DNA of 64,000 nt from Callorhinchus milii (Eukaryota): NCBI RefSeq assembly GCF_018977255.1, contig NW_024704743.1, positions 59,708,001-59,772,000 of the forward strand, read 5' to 3'. Positions within the stretch are counted from its first letter, which is position 1, and every line of letters starts with the position of its first letter. The notes below the pieces were generated by a model, which saw only the letters and a program-made list of their open reading frames with translations, was not told the origin of the DNA and ran no database searches. Of this stretch, positions 35,736 to 46,760 are shown piece by piece. Made by a program: the position numbers and the translations under genes.

Positions 35736-37399
35736 TTATCGCCTCTTCCCATGTCCATCAGATCTTCTCCACATTTTCACAAACAATCACCACACTTGAC
35801 AGTAATTACTAGTGAAGTGCTTTTCAACATATAAGCTCTATATGTAATGCAAGTTCTTTCTTTCTTGGCCCTGTGTCACTTGTTGTGGACACACTGCAGG
35901 AAATTCATTTCCCACTTTTTTTGGAAAAGGGGAAAAATATGTGAAAAAAATTAACAAGAAGCGTTTAGATGTTTAAATGTTCTTGATTGAATATTTCTTG
36001 ATTCATGTCATCAATCAAGAAATATTCAGTGAAGAAAAGACTAAAAGCACAGCACCGATCAAACATAGACTTACCTAGCCTGGCGTGAATGTTCGGGGGC
36101 TGCTTCTTGATGGCCCCGGGGTTCACTATCAGCCCACTATTGACCACCACTGATTTAGAATAATAAGTACAGCCCCTAGTTCAGTAGGTGTTGCTCATAT
36201 TGACGAATATCAGCAATATTAACAGAAGCTCACCAACGATACAATATTAATCGTTTGTCTATAGTAACAAAAGCATGAAAACTACACATGGATTAATTTA
36301 AAATTATATAGCATTTTTAGGCTCTGAAGTTACCCTGAGTTGCCTTGCCTCTTGAAATAAATAATTCGTATTAAGTATAAACGCCTTTATTACCAGTGGT
36401 TTGTTTTACAATTATATCTTATTTTTTAGGGAAATGTATTGAAAAATCATACAATGTAATTGATTCAATAGCGATTGCAGGATATATATCATTGGATAAT
36501 ACACCTTAAATTAGAAGGATATTTATTAATTTATTATCAATTCTCCTGTGATAATGAATCTAGATTTACTATATTTTCTTAGCATTTCAGACAATCTTAA
36601 ATTTTGAAGCTGTTTTTCCTGAAAGTTCTTTTTAGAACTACAGAAAATGGGTGTCTAAGTTAAAACTACTATAAATTCAACAATCTGCCAAATTCTGCAC
36701 ACTCTGAAGTGCCACAGTAATAGAGTAAATCTAGATCCATGTGGAATTTTTTTTCCCATTAACTGGCAGTAAATTTGCAGACTTCTATTAACAGCATTAA
36801 ATTGCATATAACATTGCAGCACTGTGAAGATCTGATAAAAGTGAATGCAAGTACGTTCCTTCAAATCATGATTAATCCTCCCTAAAAGGCCACCTACATA
36901 GAAAAATAAAACATCCATCTACAGGGATTATTGAATGAGTTCCAGGAATACATGAATGATTCAAACTGGGAAGTGTATTGAGATACTCCTTGTGTTATAA
37001 CAGGATGCTGAAGCTAGTACCAGAGATAAACAGGCCCTATAGTACAGAACTGGTTTCACTGTAAATAAATGTAACTTCAGATAACTTGTCTAATCTTAAA
37101 AATAGTACCACTAACTTCAATAAACACACAGGACCAGCAGAGTGGAACTAATCTGCAAAGCATACTTACACCAATAGACATTCAAACCCTTACATTTACT
37201 GGAAATTCTGTTACACGGTAGCCTCTCATTATAACACATTTAGTGTCCATATTGATAGCGATTCTATAGAAACGACTTTCTGTACTAAGGTTAGCTCATG
37301 AAACTGGTTTGACAACGGAATGCTGCACTTGTATTTATGCGATCACTTACAATGGTGTACAAATACAATAGTTTATATAGCGCCATTCACATAGAATAA

Positions 37400-37690
37400 A
37401 CTTGAACATATACAGCACCCTTCACTCAACTCCACTGACTCCCCATCCCCCAGCAGATTGAACTCAAGATCCCTATTCTCAGGTTCAGATCCCTCCACTA
37501 CTTTGCTCCATCGTATCTTTGTAACCTCTTTCAACCACATCGTACTGCCGCTCCCTTCGCTCAGTGAACACTGGCTGGCTTCATGTACCATCCCCCATCC
37601 CAACCCACCCACCATTGTCGGATTGGTTTTCAGCCATTCTACTCCTGTTCTCTGGAATTCCATTCCAGAGTCCCTCCAACTCGCTCTCAA
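37400..37690 (+). mobile_element. L2 LINE fragment
   Basis: LH*LPIPQQIELKILF...PTIVGLVFSHSTPVLWNSIP. Confidence 0.75.
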
Positions 37691-37744
37691 GAGTTGAGAG
37701 TCAAACCAAATGATAAAATTATGCACTGGTTCAAATGAATTGGA

Positions 37745-37770
37745 AAGAGAGAGAGAGAGAGAGAGAGAGA
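37745..37770. repeat. (GA)n microsatellite
   Basis: Seen directly in the sequence. Confidence 0.95.
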
Positions 37771-38849
37771 AGCCAGGAAGGCTGAGGGTTTAAGTCAGAG
37801 ATATAAGAGTCAACTGTCTTGGCAGTTTATTTCTAACATTAAGAATATAAAAGGAAGGCAAAGGAAATGAAATGTTAAAATTCAAGGTGGAAATATTCAA
37901 CCTGTAGCTCTTGCAATTATACTGCAAGTTTGTAAATCTAAAGCACTGTGAGACTCTCCAAAGGTGACTGTACTCAACTTCTGATAAATCAAAATACTAG
38001 TGATCATTAGTCTACATTAGCTAGTATGCTGATTTTACATTACAGTATTTGACACAATCCTTATTTTGTTGTAATCTAAGATGCATTTGCTGGACAATAT
38101 AGATGTATCACAATTGTAGTCTGATCATCCTAAATACATTTCTACTTTTCTATGCACATGAAATTGTTATTTCCAGCTTCTTTAGTTTCTGTTTAATGCA
38201 TGTATATTTCAATACGTAATTTTATTTAATACAAATGTGTGACTTTGTCATGTAACATCAAACCTGAATGTGATTTCCTGAGAGCCTTTGTATAGCATTA
38301 AGTAGGGATATAGTTATGAGCATCACCCCTCCCCACAGCAAGTGTAAGAGAGTAAGTAATTCATAGTTATCAAATTCAAGGAGGATAAACAGGATTTGCT
38401 GTTCTATTGGAAACAGAGAATTATACTAAAGCTCTTTGCTGGAGGGAAGAGACATGAAAATCAAGTTAAAGTGCTTCAAACTTATCAGGGAATTGCAGGA
38501 TGTGGTTGGTCTTCATAGAGCAATCTGGGATTACATGTGCAAGAAAGAATGTAGAATTTTTGATGTTGAAAAGCACGTAGAGTTAGGACTCTGGGTGATA
38601 TATATGAACAGCATGAACAGAGGATGAACTGTGTGTTTTATCCTCTCAATGTCCTTCTGAAAATAAATACAAGTCCCTTCATCCTTTTTTTGGTAACTTT
38701 TAGCTGAATTAATATAACAAGGAACAGATTGAGTATAGATGACTATTAGAATGAACTAAATCTTATTTAATTATATTTTGCATAATTATTGTTTATATGC
38801 AATCCGACTTAAAGATGGCCTTTCGCTCTCCAATGTAATTATAAATTGG

Positions 38850-39250
38850 TCCTCCCCTGGACCCATTCCTGCCTTCTAACTACCACCACCAACTGGCTCC
38901 TCCATCCACCCTCCCACTTGCCCATTCTCTCCTCAAGCTATGATACCTCTCCTTACCTCCCAGCTCCATCTCCTTGCCCCTCTCCTCTCCGACACTATCA
39001 ATCTCTCCCTTTCATCTGGCATTGTTCCCTCCCCCTAAAAACAGCTACAATCATCCCCATCCTGAAAATACCTTGCTTGGACCCATCCCTGCCTTTATCT
39101 ACCATGCTCTCACAGCATGGAAACTGCTCTGGTCAAGGTGACAAATAACCAAATGACAAATCCATCTGTGACCAGAGCATCCTCATCTTCCTCGACCTCT
39201 CTGCTGCCTCCACACCAGGCGGTGTCTCAGAGGGTGCTGTATAAATGCAA
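38850..39250 (+). mobile_element. L2 LINE RT fragment with internal deletions and a tail
   Basis: LKTATIIPILKIPCLDPS, ETALVKVTN and LIFLDLSAA motifs, joined to an L2-type tail. Confidence 0.75.
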
Positions 39251-39768
39251 ATTATAAATGAAATTCAAATTATAAATGAAGGATAGAGGGAGGGGGGCTA
39301 GTACAATTATTCTGAGGTGCACTCAATATTGAGTCAAGGTATCCTTGATCCGGTGAAGGTACACACAGCCTGGGTGATATGTCATCATTTCTGAAAGATA
39401 TCATCATAACAGATAAAAGATAAGTTCTGACTCTATCAAAGTTGAGTTATCCTCTGCCCAGTCAAAAAGATTTTTTCAAAACTGAATAAAGGTAACCTCA
39501 AATTCAATACTGATTTGAACAATGTTCAATAATGAGTCAGAGTATCCTTATTTCAGTCATGGTATCTTTAGTATCAAGTCAAGGTACCTCAATTCAGTTG
39601 GTGGTGGATAAAGTTGAGATACTGTCAATCTAGTTCTCTGCAAAGAATACAACTTGTATAAAACTTTGATCCAAGTTAAGAATGTTATTCATGCAGTGTA
39701 CGGCTTCTTTTACAGAGACATCCTTCCATCAATTTGGCCCTTGGAGGCAAGTTTAAGTGTATATATTA

Positions 39769-40495
39769 CCTTGGGATCCTGTTTGACCCTCAACTATGCT
39801 TTCTACCTCACATCTGCGCCATGACCCACTCTGCCTTCCCCCACCTCCGCAATGTCGCCCAGCTCCGACACTGTCCCACACCACAAGCCGCCGAAATCCT
39901 CATACACGCCTTCATTACATTGAGGCTTCACTATGCAAACTCACTACTTGTCGGCCTCCCCAACTCCTCCCTCCACATCCAGAACTCTGCAGCCCGTATC
40001 CTCTCCCGCACTAGGCTCCGTGGCTCTATCACCTCCATCCTTGCCAAACTCCACTGGCTTCCCATCACACAGAGGATACAGTTCAAGATCCTGTTCCTCA
40101 CCTTCAAAGTCCTCCACGGTCTTGCTCCCCCTACCTCTCCGACCTCCTAACCCCCTACCATCGTGTTCGCTCCCTTCGCTCAGCGGGCTCCGGCCTGCTT
40201 CACATCCCCTGCCTTGCTCGCCCCAGTATCGACGGGCAGGCCTTCCGCCACTCTGCACCCACACTCTGGAACTCCATCCCACAGTTCCTCAATCTCGCCC
40301 CCTCCCTTGACACCTTCAAGACCCACCTCAAGATCCTCCTCTTCGACCGTGCGTTCGATCTCCCTGCTTTGCCCCTGCCCTCCACCCTCCCACACCCCGA
40401 CCCCCTGCTCGGGTTCGTAACTCTGTCTGTCCAGCGTCTTGCGATGTCCTCCCTACGTAAAAGGTGCTATGTAAATGTAATTTAGTTGTTGTTGT
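39769..40495 (+). mobile_element. L2 LINE 3' ~730 bp, young
   Basis: ORF LGILFDPQLCFLPHI...AEILIHAFITLRLHYANSLLVGLP...LHWLPITQRIQFKIL, (GTT)n tail, and a possible TGTATAT target duplication. Confidence 0.93.
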
Positions 40496-40529
40496 ATATG
40501 GTGGGCAAGATTAATATGAACCGGTGTCA

Positions 40530-40880
40530 GATGTCAACCTGGCTCAATTGGTAGCGCTCTCACCTCTGTGGGAGAACATTATGGGTTCAAGCCACCCTCT
40601 TTGGGTCTTTAATCTCATAGTTTAGGTTGCCAACCCAGTGCAATGTGGGGGGAGCACTGCATTCATTGTCTGCATTGTCTGAGGTATCATGGATTTGATG
40701 TTGAACATTTAACCCTGGCTCAGTTGGTAGCACTCTTGGCTTGAGTTAGGCTGTGGGTTCTCAGTTGGAACGCACATAGTCTATGCTGAACTCTAATGCA
40801 GTGCTAGGAGTGTGCCGCATTGTTAGACGGTCCATTGTTTGGATGTGAAATTAAATGAGGTCTGGTCTGCCTGTTTGGGT
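40530..40880 (+). mobile_element. Two tandem Deu-domain SINE family B 5' fragments
   Basis: Two heads (CCTGGCTCAATTGGTAGC near 40538; CCTGGCTCAGTTGGTAGC near 40714), each followed by Deu sequence. Confidence 0.7.
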
Positions 40881-41052
40881 AATTGTTACATTATAAGTAA
40901 GACTGATCTTATGTCAGGAAAGTCGAGTGGGCTTTCAAAGCCCTTTAAAAGGGAGCGATAAGTATACAACGGATACTTTTAATATGAGGTTAGGCAACGT
41001 TGAAGTATTATCAAGAAATGCCTATCAAATACAAAGTCAAAATAAATGATAT

Positions 41053-41425
41053 TAATAATAATCCTTGCGTTTGATATAGTTCCTTATCATACCTTTAATC
41101 TTGTTGTTTGAGACGTCTCAAAGCACTTCACAGAATATACTATTGTGGCGAAACGCGGCAGCCAACTGTGCACAGCAGTGTCCCACAAACCGTCATGGAT
41201 TGAGTGACCAAATTATTATTATTTCAAATAATTTTTTTTAAGGGGTTATTACCCCCGGAAAAGTGATCCGCCAATCGACTAACCACCGGGTTTCTACTTA
41301 CTGCTAGGTAAACAGAGGCGTGTGGAGTAAGGAAACTTATCTAACATTTCCTTCTACCCAAGAATCGAATCCAGGTCATCTCACTTGCAAGTTGAATGCT
41401 CCAACCACTAAGCTACAGGACTGCA
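41053..41425 (-). mobile_element. SINE family A (long form)
   Basis: Full-length homology to the other family A copies. Confidence 0.9.
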
Positions 41426-41634
41426 TACTTCTTCCTTTGTTTCACAATTAATAGGTTCAAAATCCAGGCAAGTTATTGTTGGTGCTCTCCTAATTCAGAG
41501 CAACATTTATTTTGACTCTACATTAGATTACTGGATTTGTGATGTAAACAATTTGTGATACGGACAATTCCTCCTATCAACATATACACATTTTCATAAT
41601 CAGTATTGCCAAATCAAGATTTAGTACACCTAAT

Positions 41635-41792
41635 GGATTCACGGGCAGGGCGAAACTTGCCTATTGTGCTCTAACCACTAAGCTACAGGACTCCACAAAA
41701 TCACTTTGTAGTATATGGTGTGAAGTGCTTTGAGACGTCTCGACAATGTGATAAGGTTCTATATCAAATGTAAGGATTATTATTATTATTAT
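41635..41792. mobile_element. Rearranged SINE family A (inverted head fused to plus-strand tail)
   Basis: Plus-strand GGCAGGGCGAAAC, then minus-oriented head GTGCTCTAACCACTAAGCTACAGGACTCCA, then plus-strand tail ending in (ATT)n. Confidence 0.75.
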
Positions 41793-42958
41793 CATCTGGT
41801 AGAAGATAGTTTTTTTTGTTTTTCCCTTCCCCTCACTTCCCTGGTATAAGTGACAGATTTAATTGAAGCATTTCAAGAAATTACCCTTCTTTAATGGTGC
41901 TACTTAAGTACAATTTGTATGGTTCATACTAGTCGGCGAGAAGTTTCATATTCCTGGGCAAGTCATTAAGACCTAGATGTTGTTTGGATGAATGATGGCT
42001 AAGCCAGGAAAGTTTACTGCCACTCAAGCACACAGCAGAGCTGACTAATACAATCTTCCTTAAGGCTTGAATACTTCCTGATTGAGTCACAAAAACAATA
42101 GAGCATTGAAAATTAAATACGCTTTCATTTCAATATTTGTAGTCTTCATTAAGGAAAAACACTAAGCAACGATAACATGGATAATTAGAACCAAGTTTCA
42201 ATTCTGAAAGAATCTAATTCATATGGAAGTCTATTTTCTAACAAATGTACATCTGCAGTAAAGAGATAATAGTGATCCGGAATTTTTTTTTTAATTGCAG
42301 ATGTAAAACTGTAAGTCAGAAATGACTTAAAATGAGTATTAATTTTCAGAACAATGACTGAAGAAACAGGAACAGGAAAAATTAAGTAATTTTTTGCCTG
42401 AATTATTCACTTAAACTCTTAACCATTTCCAATTTGTTGGATTATTAAAAAAACACAATTTGAATGAAAAGTTGGCAAAAATGCAGCTACCTAACTGCGG
42501 CATAAATAGATCCATAATGAGAGGCAGCACAATTGAACATTGTATGGAAAGGGAATAGAGACAACAGTGGGACTGGCCAATAGAGGGCACTCTTACCAGA
42601 GATTCAGTCAATCAATGGGATGGAATGTCCTTAAAGGGATGATGAAATTCCATGTATACTTTGAAAGGCTGAAGTGTCGGTATTTTCTTTTCTGAAGAGA
42701 AAAACTAAAAAATGAATAGTTTTCTTATGAGGCATGAAACCACTAATGTAAACCATCTGCTCCTCACCTTGGACAGCCCAGAGTTGTATCCGGCACATGG
42801 GGAGGAGAGGAACCCCATGTGACCAGCAGCACATCATAAAACATGAAAAAGGTAGTGATGAGGAGAGGCCTTTTGCCCATTCAGGCTGCTCTCTCTTTGT
42901 TCACGTCTTTATTTGGCACTGGCAAAGACGACTTATTTATTTCCTTTCTGTTCTTGCA

Positions 42959-43260
42959 TGGAGTCCTGTAGCTCAGTGGTTAGAGTACTCACCTCGCAAG
43001 CAAGAGACCTGGGTTCGATTCCCAGCAGAGTGAAACCTTGGGCAAGTTTCCTTACTCCACACGCCTAATAATAATCCCTCAAGAAAAAAATAATAAATTG
43101 ATCACTTCAACCCATGACTGTTTGTGGGACACTGCTGTGCACAATTGGCTGCCGCGTTTCGTCCACAATATACAGTCAATTCACTTTGCAGTATATTCTA
43201 TGAAGAACAGATGTCTAGACGACGTGAAAAGCGCTATATCAAAATGCAACGATTATTATT
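42959..43260 (+). mobile_element. SINE family A (short form)
   Basis: Full-length homology to 23683-24010. Confidence 0.93.
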
Positions 43261-43549
43261 GTAACCTTCTATACTCTTTAATGTCCCTATTCTCTATAAT
43301 GATGATAGAGCAATTTATAATTTGTGAAAAAAAACTATTCTCATTCTTCCACTTACCTTCTTCTCAATTTCTCAGCTCACAATAACTGTACTAACTTCAC
43401 TCCCTCATTACATTAAAATACTGTATGTCCTTTCTGTTTTTAATTATTTGCTATGTGAACTAATCTGTAAATATGTTACTGCTTAAAATATGATAATCAG
43501 TTAAGTCTTCTTAGTGATAATTTCACCCCTTAGTTTTCTTTGAGATGCA

Positions 43550-43920
43550 ATTCTAGCTCAGATGGAGGCATTTTTGCCTCTGAGTCAGAAAGTTGTGGGT
43601 TCAAGACCCACGTTAGGACTTTGAATTTGTGGTGTAGATTGAAGTGATGCGCTTCGGGTGAAATATTCAACTAAGCTTCGGTCCCATTTTCTTGTCCAGG
43701 TGGATGTTAAAGATCCCATGACACGATTCGTAAGGTAAGGGAGTTTCTCCCAGCCAACAATTCTCCCAAAATAAAATTGGTCAATCATATCATGGCTGTT
43801 TGTGGGATATTGCAGCTTGCAAATTGCCTGTCACATTCGCCTACAAAATACACAGTCACTACACTTCATATACTTTTAGGATATACTATAGGTTCTATTC
43901 CAAATGCAAGGATTAATATT
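43550..43920 (+). mobile_element. Deu-domain SINE family B, near full length
   Basis: CTCTGAGTCAGAAAG head, GGTGGATGTTAAAGATCCCATG core and CAAATGCAAGGATT tail. Confidence 0.8.
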
Positions 43921-44384
43921 ATAATTTCTGCCGCTTTATTAATTATCATAATTCAAATTTTATTCACATTCATGTTATAGGAGTATTGCTAGGGAGAAAG
44001 TCTTTCTATTCTGTTGTAAAGGAATTGTCATTTTGGGGAGTGAGAACAGCCTCCTGACATGGAAGGCACTCGATCAATTGTAGTGATTATTATTGTTATT
44101 TCTCTTGTTATGAAAAATATCAATTTTTATTTCCATCCTATCAGTTTTATACCTGATTGTATAAGCTTGGATCACTTCGCTCCTTAATATTTAACAACTG
44201 CGAACAGATTGAATGGCTTTGTACATCAGAGATCTGAATCTAGAGTCATACTTTCATTGCTTTCCATTATATCAATATATTTTCATAAGCAGTGACTAAA
44301 GCTAGACATAGTACTGCACACAGAGTTATATTATCACTTTTTTTTTAATGAGTATAGATGAATTTGAGCTAGGCAGGTCTGCAG

Positions 44385-44835
44385 TATTCCGGGGCACTGC
44401 CAATGACAGCATTAGCAGGGCTTGTAAGAGCAGACCAGTCACTGAGGCAAGGAATCTTCCTACTCAGCTCCCATTAACCCTGCAAGTCAAACCCTCTAAT
44501 GGGTAGGGCTGTCCTGGCTGGACAAGCAGATGGAAAGCTCGTCAGACAGTGCTCTCAATGGCAAGCTATGCGATTTTAGCTGGTTAGACTTAAGCAGTTC
44601 CCCAATGCATACTCTGGGGTCCCCAAGTCTTGCCTCTTGCTAACCTGCATTCTTTCCGGAATTACTTAAACTGGATGTGTCCCACCAGGGAGAGAGTGAA
44701 CATTCCATTCCGATACATATCTTGGGAATTTCCATGTGTAGGTGGGATACATGGAAATTTCAGCTTGGTTTGGATACTCTTAAGCATGGTGATGGGTTTC
44801 TGCATGTGTCAGACAACTGGATGACCAATAAAAAA
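44385..44835. repeat. Unclassified dispersed repeat U, copy 4 (inverted, ~450 bp)
   Basis: Reverse complement of 16022-16480. Ends GTGTCAGACAACTGGATGACCAATAAAAAA. Confidence 0.85.
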
Positions 44836-44949
44836 TTGACCAAGGTCCACTCAATAATCAAAGCTCAAGCATGAAGAATGGCCACTTAGACGCCTGGCAC
44901 TGTGGAACTGTATCTATCTGGAGATGCCTGAAACTGAAGGAACTGTTCT

Positions 44950-45350
44950 TGTGTATCAGCCTGGCTCACTTGCCTCTTAGTCAAATGGTTGTAGTTTCAA
45001 GCCTCATGTAGAAACTTGGAACCCAAATAGTCTAAGATGACACTCATATGAAGTGTTGGGGAAGTGCTGCATTGTCAGAGTGCCTTCCTTTTGCTGAGAT
45101 ATTAAACCACGCTCCTGTCTACCAGTTCAGATGGACAATAAAGATCCCTTGGCACTACTCAGAAAAAAAAATGGAGTTTTTCCTGGTGACCTGGTCAACA
45201 ATCCCCCAGATAAAATAAAATTGTTCATTCACTTCATGATGGTTTGTGGAACATTGCTGTGCACACATTGGTTGCTGCATTCATCTACAAAATACCCCAA
45301 ACAGTACATCCTATGCTTTGAGACAGGGTATATCAAATGCAAGGATTATA
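44950..45350 (+). mobile_element. Deu-domain SINE family B, full length
   Basis: Head, Deu core and tail TATCAAATGCAAGGATTAT are all present. Confidence 0.8.
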
Positions 45351-45465
45351 ATAATAATAATCCTTGCATTTGATATTGTACCTTATCACGTCTTCGAGAC
45401 GTCTCAAAGCACTTCACAGAATATACTGTAAAGGGAATTGACTGTTCATTTTGTGGGCGAACTTG
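45351..45465 (-). mobile_element. SINE family A 3' fragment, tail-to-tail with the preceding SINE
   Basis: ATAATAATCCTTGCATTTGATA...GACGTCTCAAAGCACTTCACAGAATATACTG. Confidence 0.85.
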
Positions 45466-46379
45466 CAGGAGGTCTTAAGAAACTGCACAGCACAACGTGG
45501 CCAAACAACTACAAAGTAAAGCATTAGTATTAGTGTAAAGGAGAACCAAACAACAACTAAATGCACATCAGGGAAACCTGAAGTTATAAACCGTATGTGT
45601 ACTGACAGAACTACACTGATAAATAAAGAGAGAGAATAATAATATAAATAACTAGCAAAATAACATTAATCAAAACAAGATTATGCTCTTAGGATTAATC
45701 ATTTTATCCACTTCATTCTTCTGTGTGATATTTATCAGTAAAGGTTTAACACAAGATACTATCACTCTGAAATATCACCAATGTGTTAAGTTAAGAACTT
45801 GCAAGAGTGCATTTGGATTTAATTCTAACTACCTACAAGAAAACCAATTTCAGTCTGTTAGAGGCGATAAAAAGCTTTCAAGAATCTGAATTGCTGTAAT
45901 ACAAAGGACAATGGGTGCAATATTTATTCAGATGAAATATTGAGATGAAATACATTATCTTGCTAGAAAAAAATTATAATGAATATGCCCTACTGAATAA
46001 AAATCAAAACATACGATAGACTGACAGACTTTTACGTTCTCTTAATGTTTCAACCTACTGTAGTCCTTATCGTTGTCATTTTCTCTTTTTATCTGAAGTC
46101 TATGTCATGCAGGTGATAACATTCTAGACATATTTAAAAAGCATTGAAAGTAACTGCATAAAGCTTAGGCAACCAACAGAATAATGAGTCAAGTATCTGT
46201 CTTATTTAATGACAGACAGTGTATTATTAAGTTACATTTTCTGATTTTTTTCATTAATGGAGAAATTCATTGAAGCCTTTCTGGTTGATAACTAGCCTGA
46301 TTTTTGACAAACCTTCAACACAATGTTGATTAATTTGTAAACTTGACAATTTTAGTTCTCTGTTAAGAGAAGGGAATAG

Positions 46380-46760
46380 AGAGCATTGTGAAAGCTAGGG
46401 ATGGGGGTTTAAAATGGGTAGAGGCTCATGTGGGGTATAAATAGCAACAGAGACTAGTTAGGTTGACTGACCTCTTTCAGTCCTGCAAATTCTATGCAAT
46501 TCTATGTCAAGGAAGTGATAGGACCAAACCTCTATGGCATAAATAAGGTAGCCAGTAGCAGATCTAAAAGACAATTTAGGAGTAAGTTCCTTACACAAGG
46601 TGATGAGAATGTGGAACTCACTGTCGGAAGATATACTTGACGCAGAAACCATCAATGCATTTAAGCGGAAACTTAATTTATACATGAGGAGAAGGGAATA
46701 GCTTGGTGTGGGAGAGAGTATTAGGATGGCTAGAGCCTTATGTGGATTATAAACATTGTT
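46380..46760 (+). mobile_element. CR1 LINE 3' fragments
   Basis: CACAAGGTGATGAGAATGTGGAACTCACT...GCATTTAAGCGGAAACTT and GGCTCATGTGG 3' UTR motifs. Confidence 0.75.

Noticed and set aside
39734..40420. Intact autonomous LINE or host gene
   Set aside because: It is a 5'-truncated, frameshifted L2 3' end lacking the RT core.
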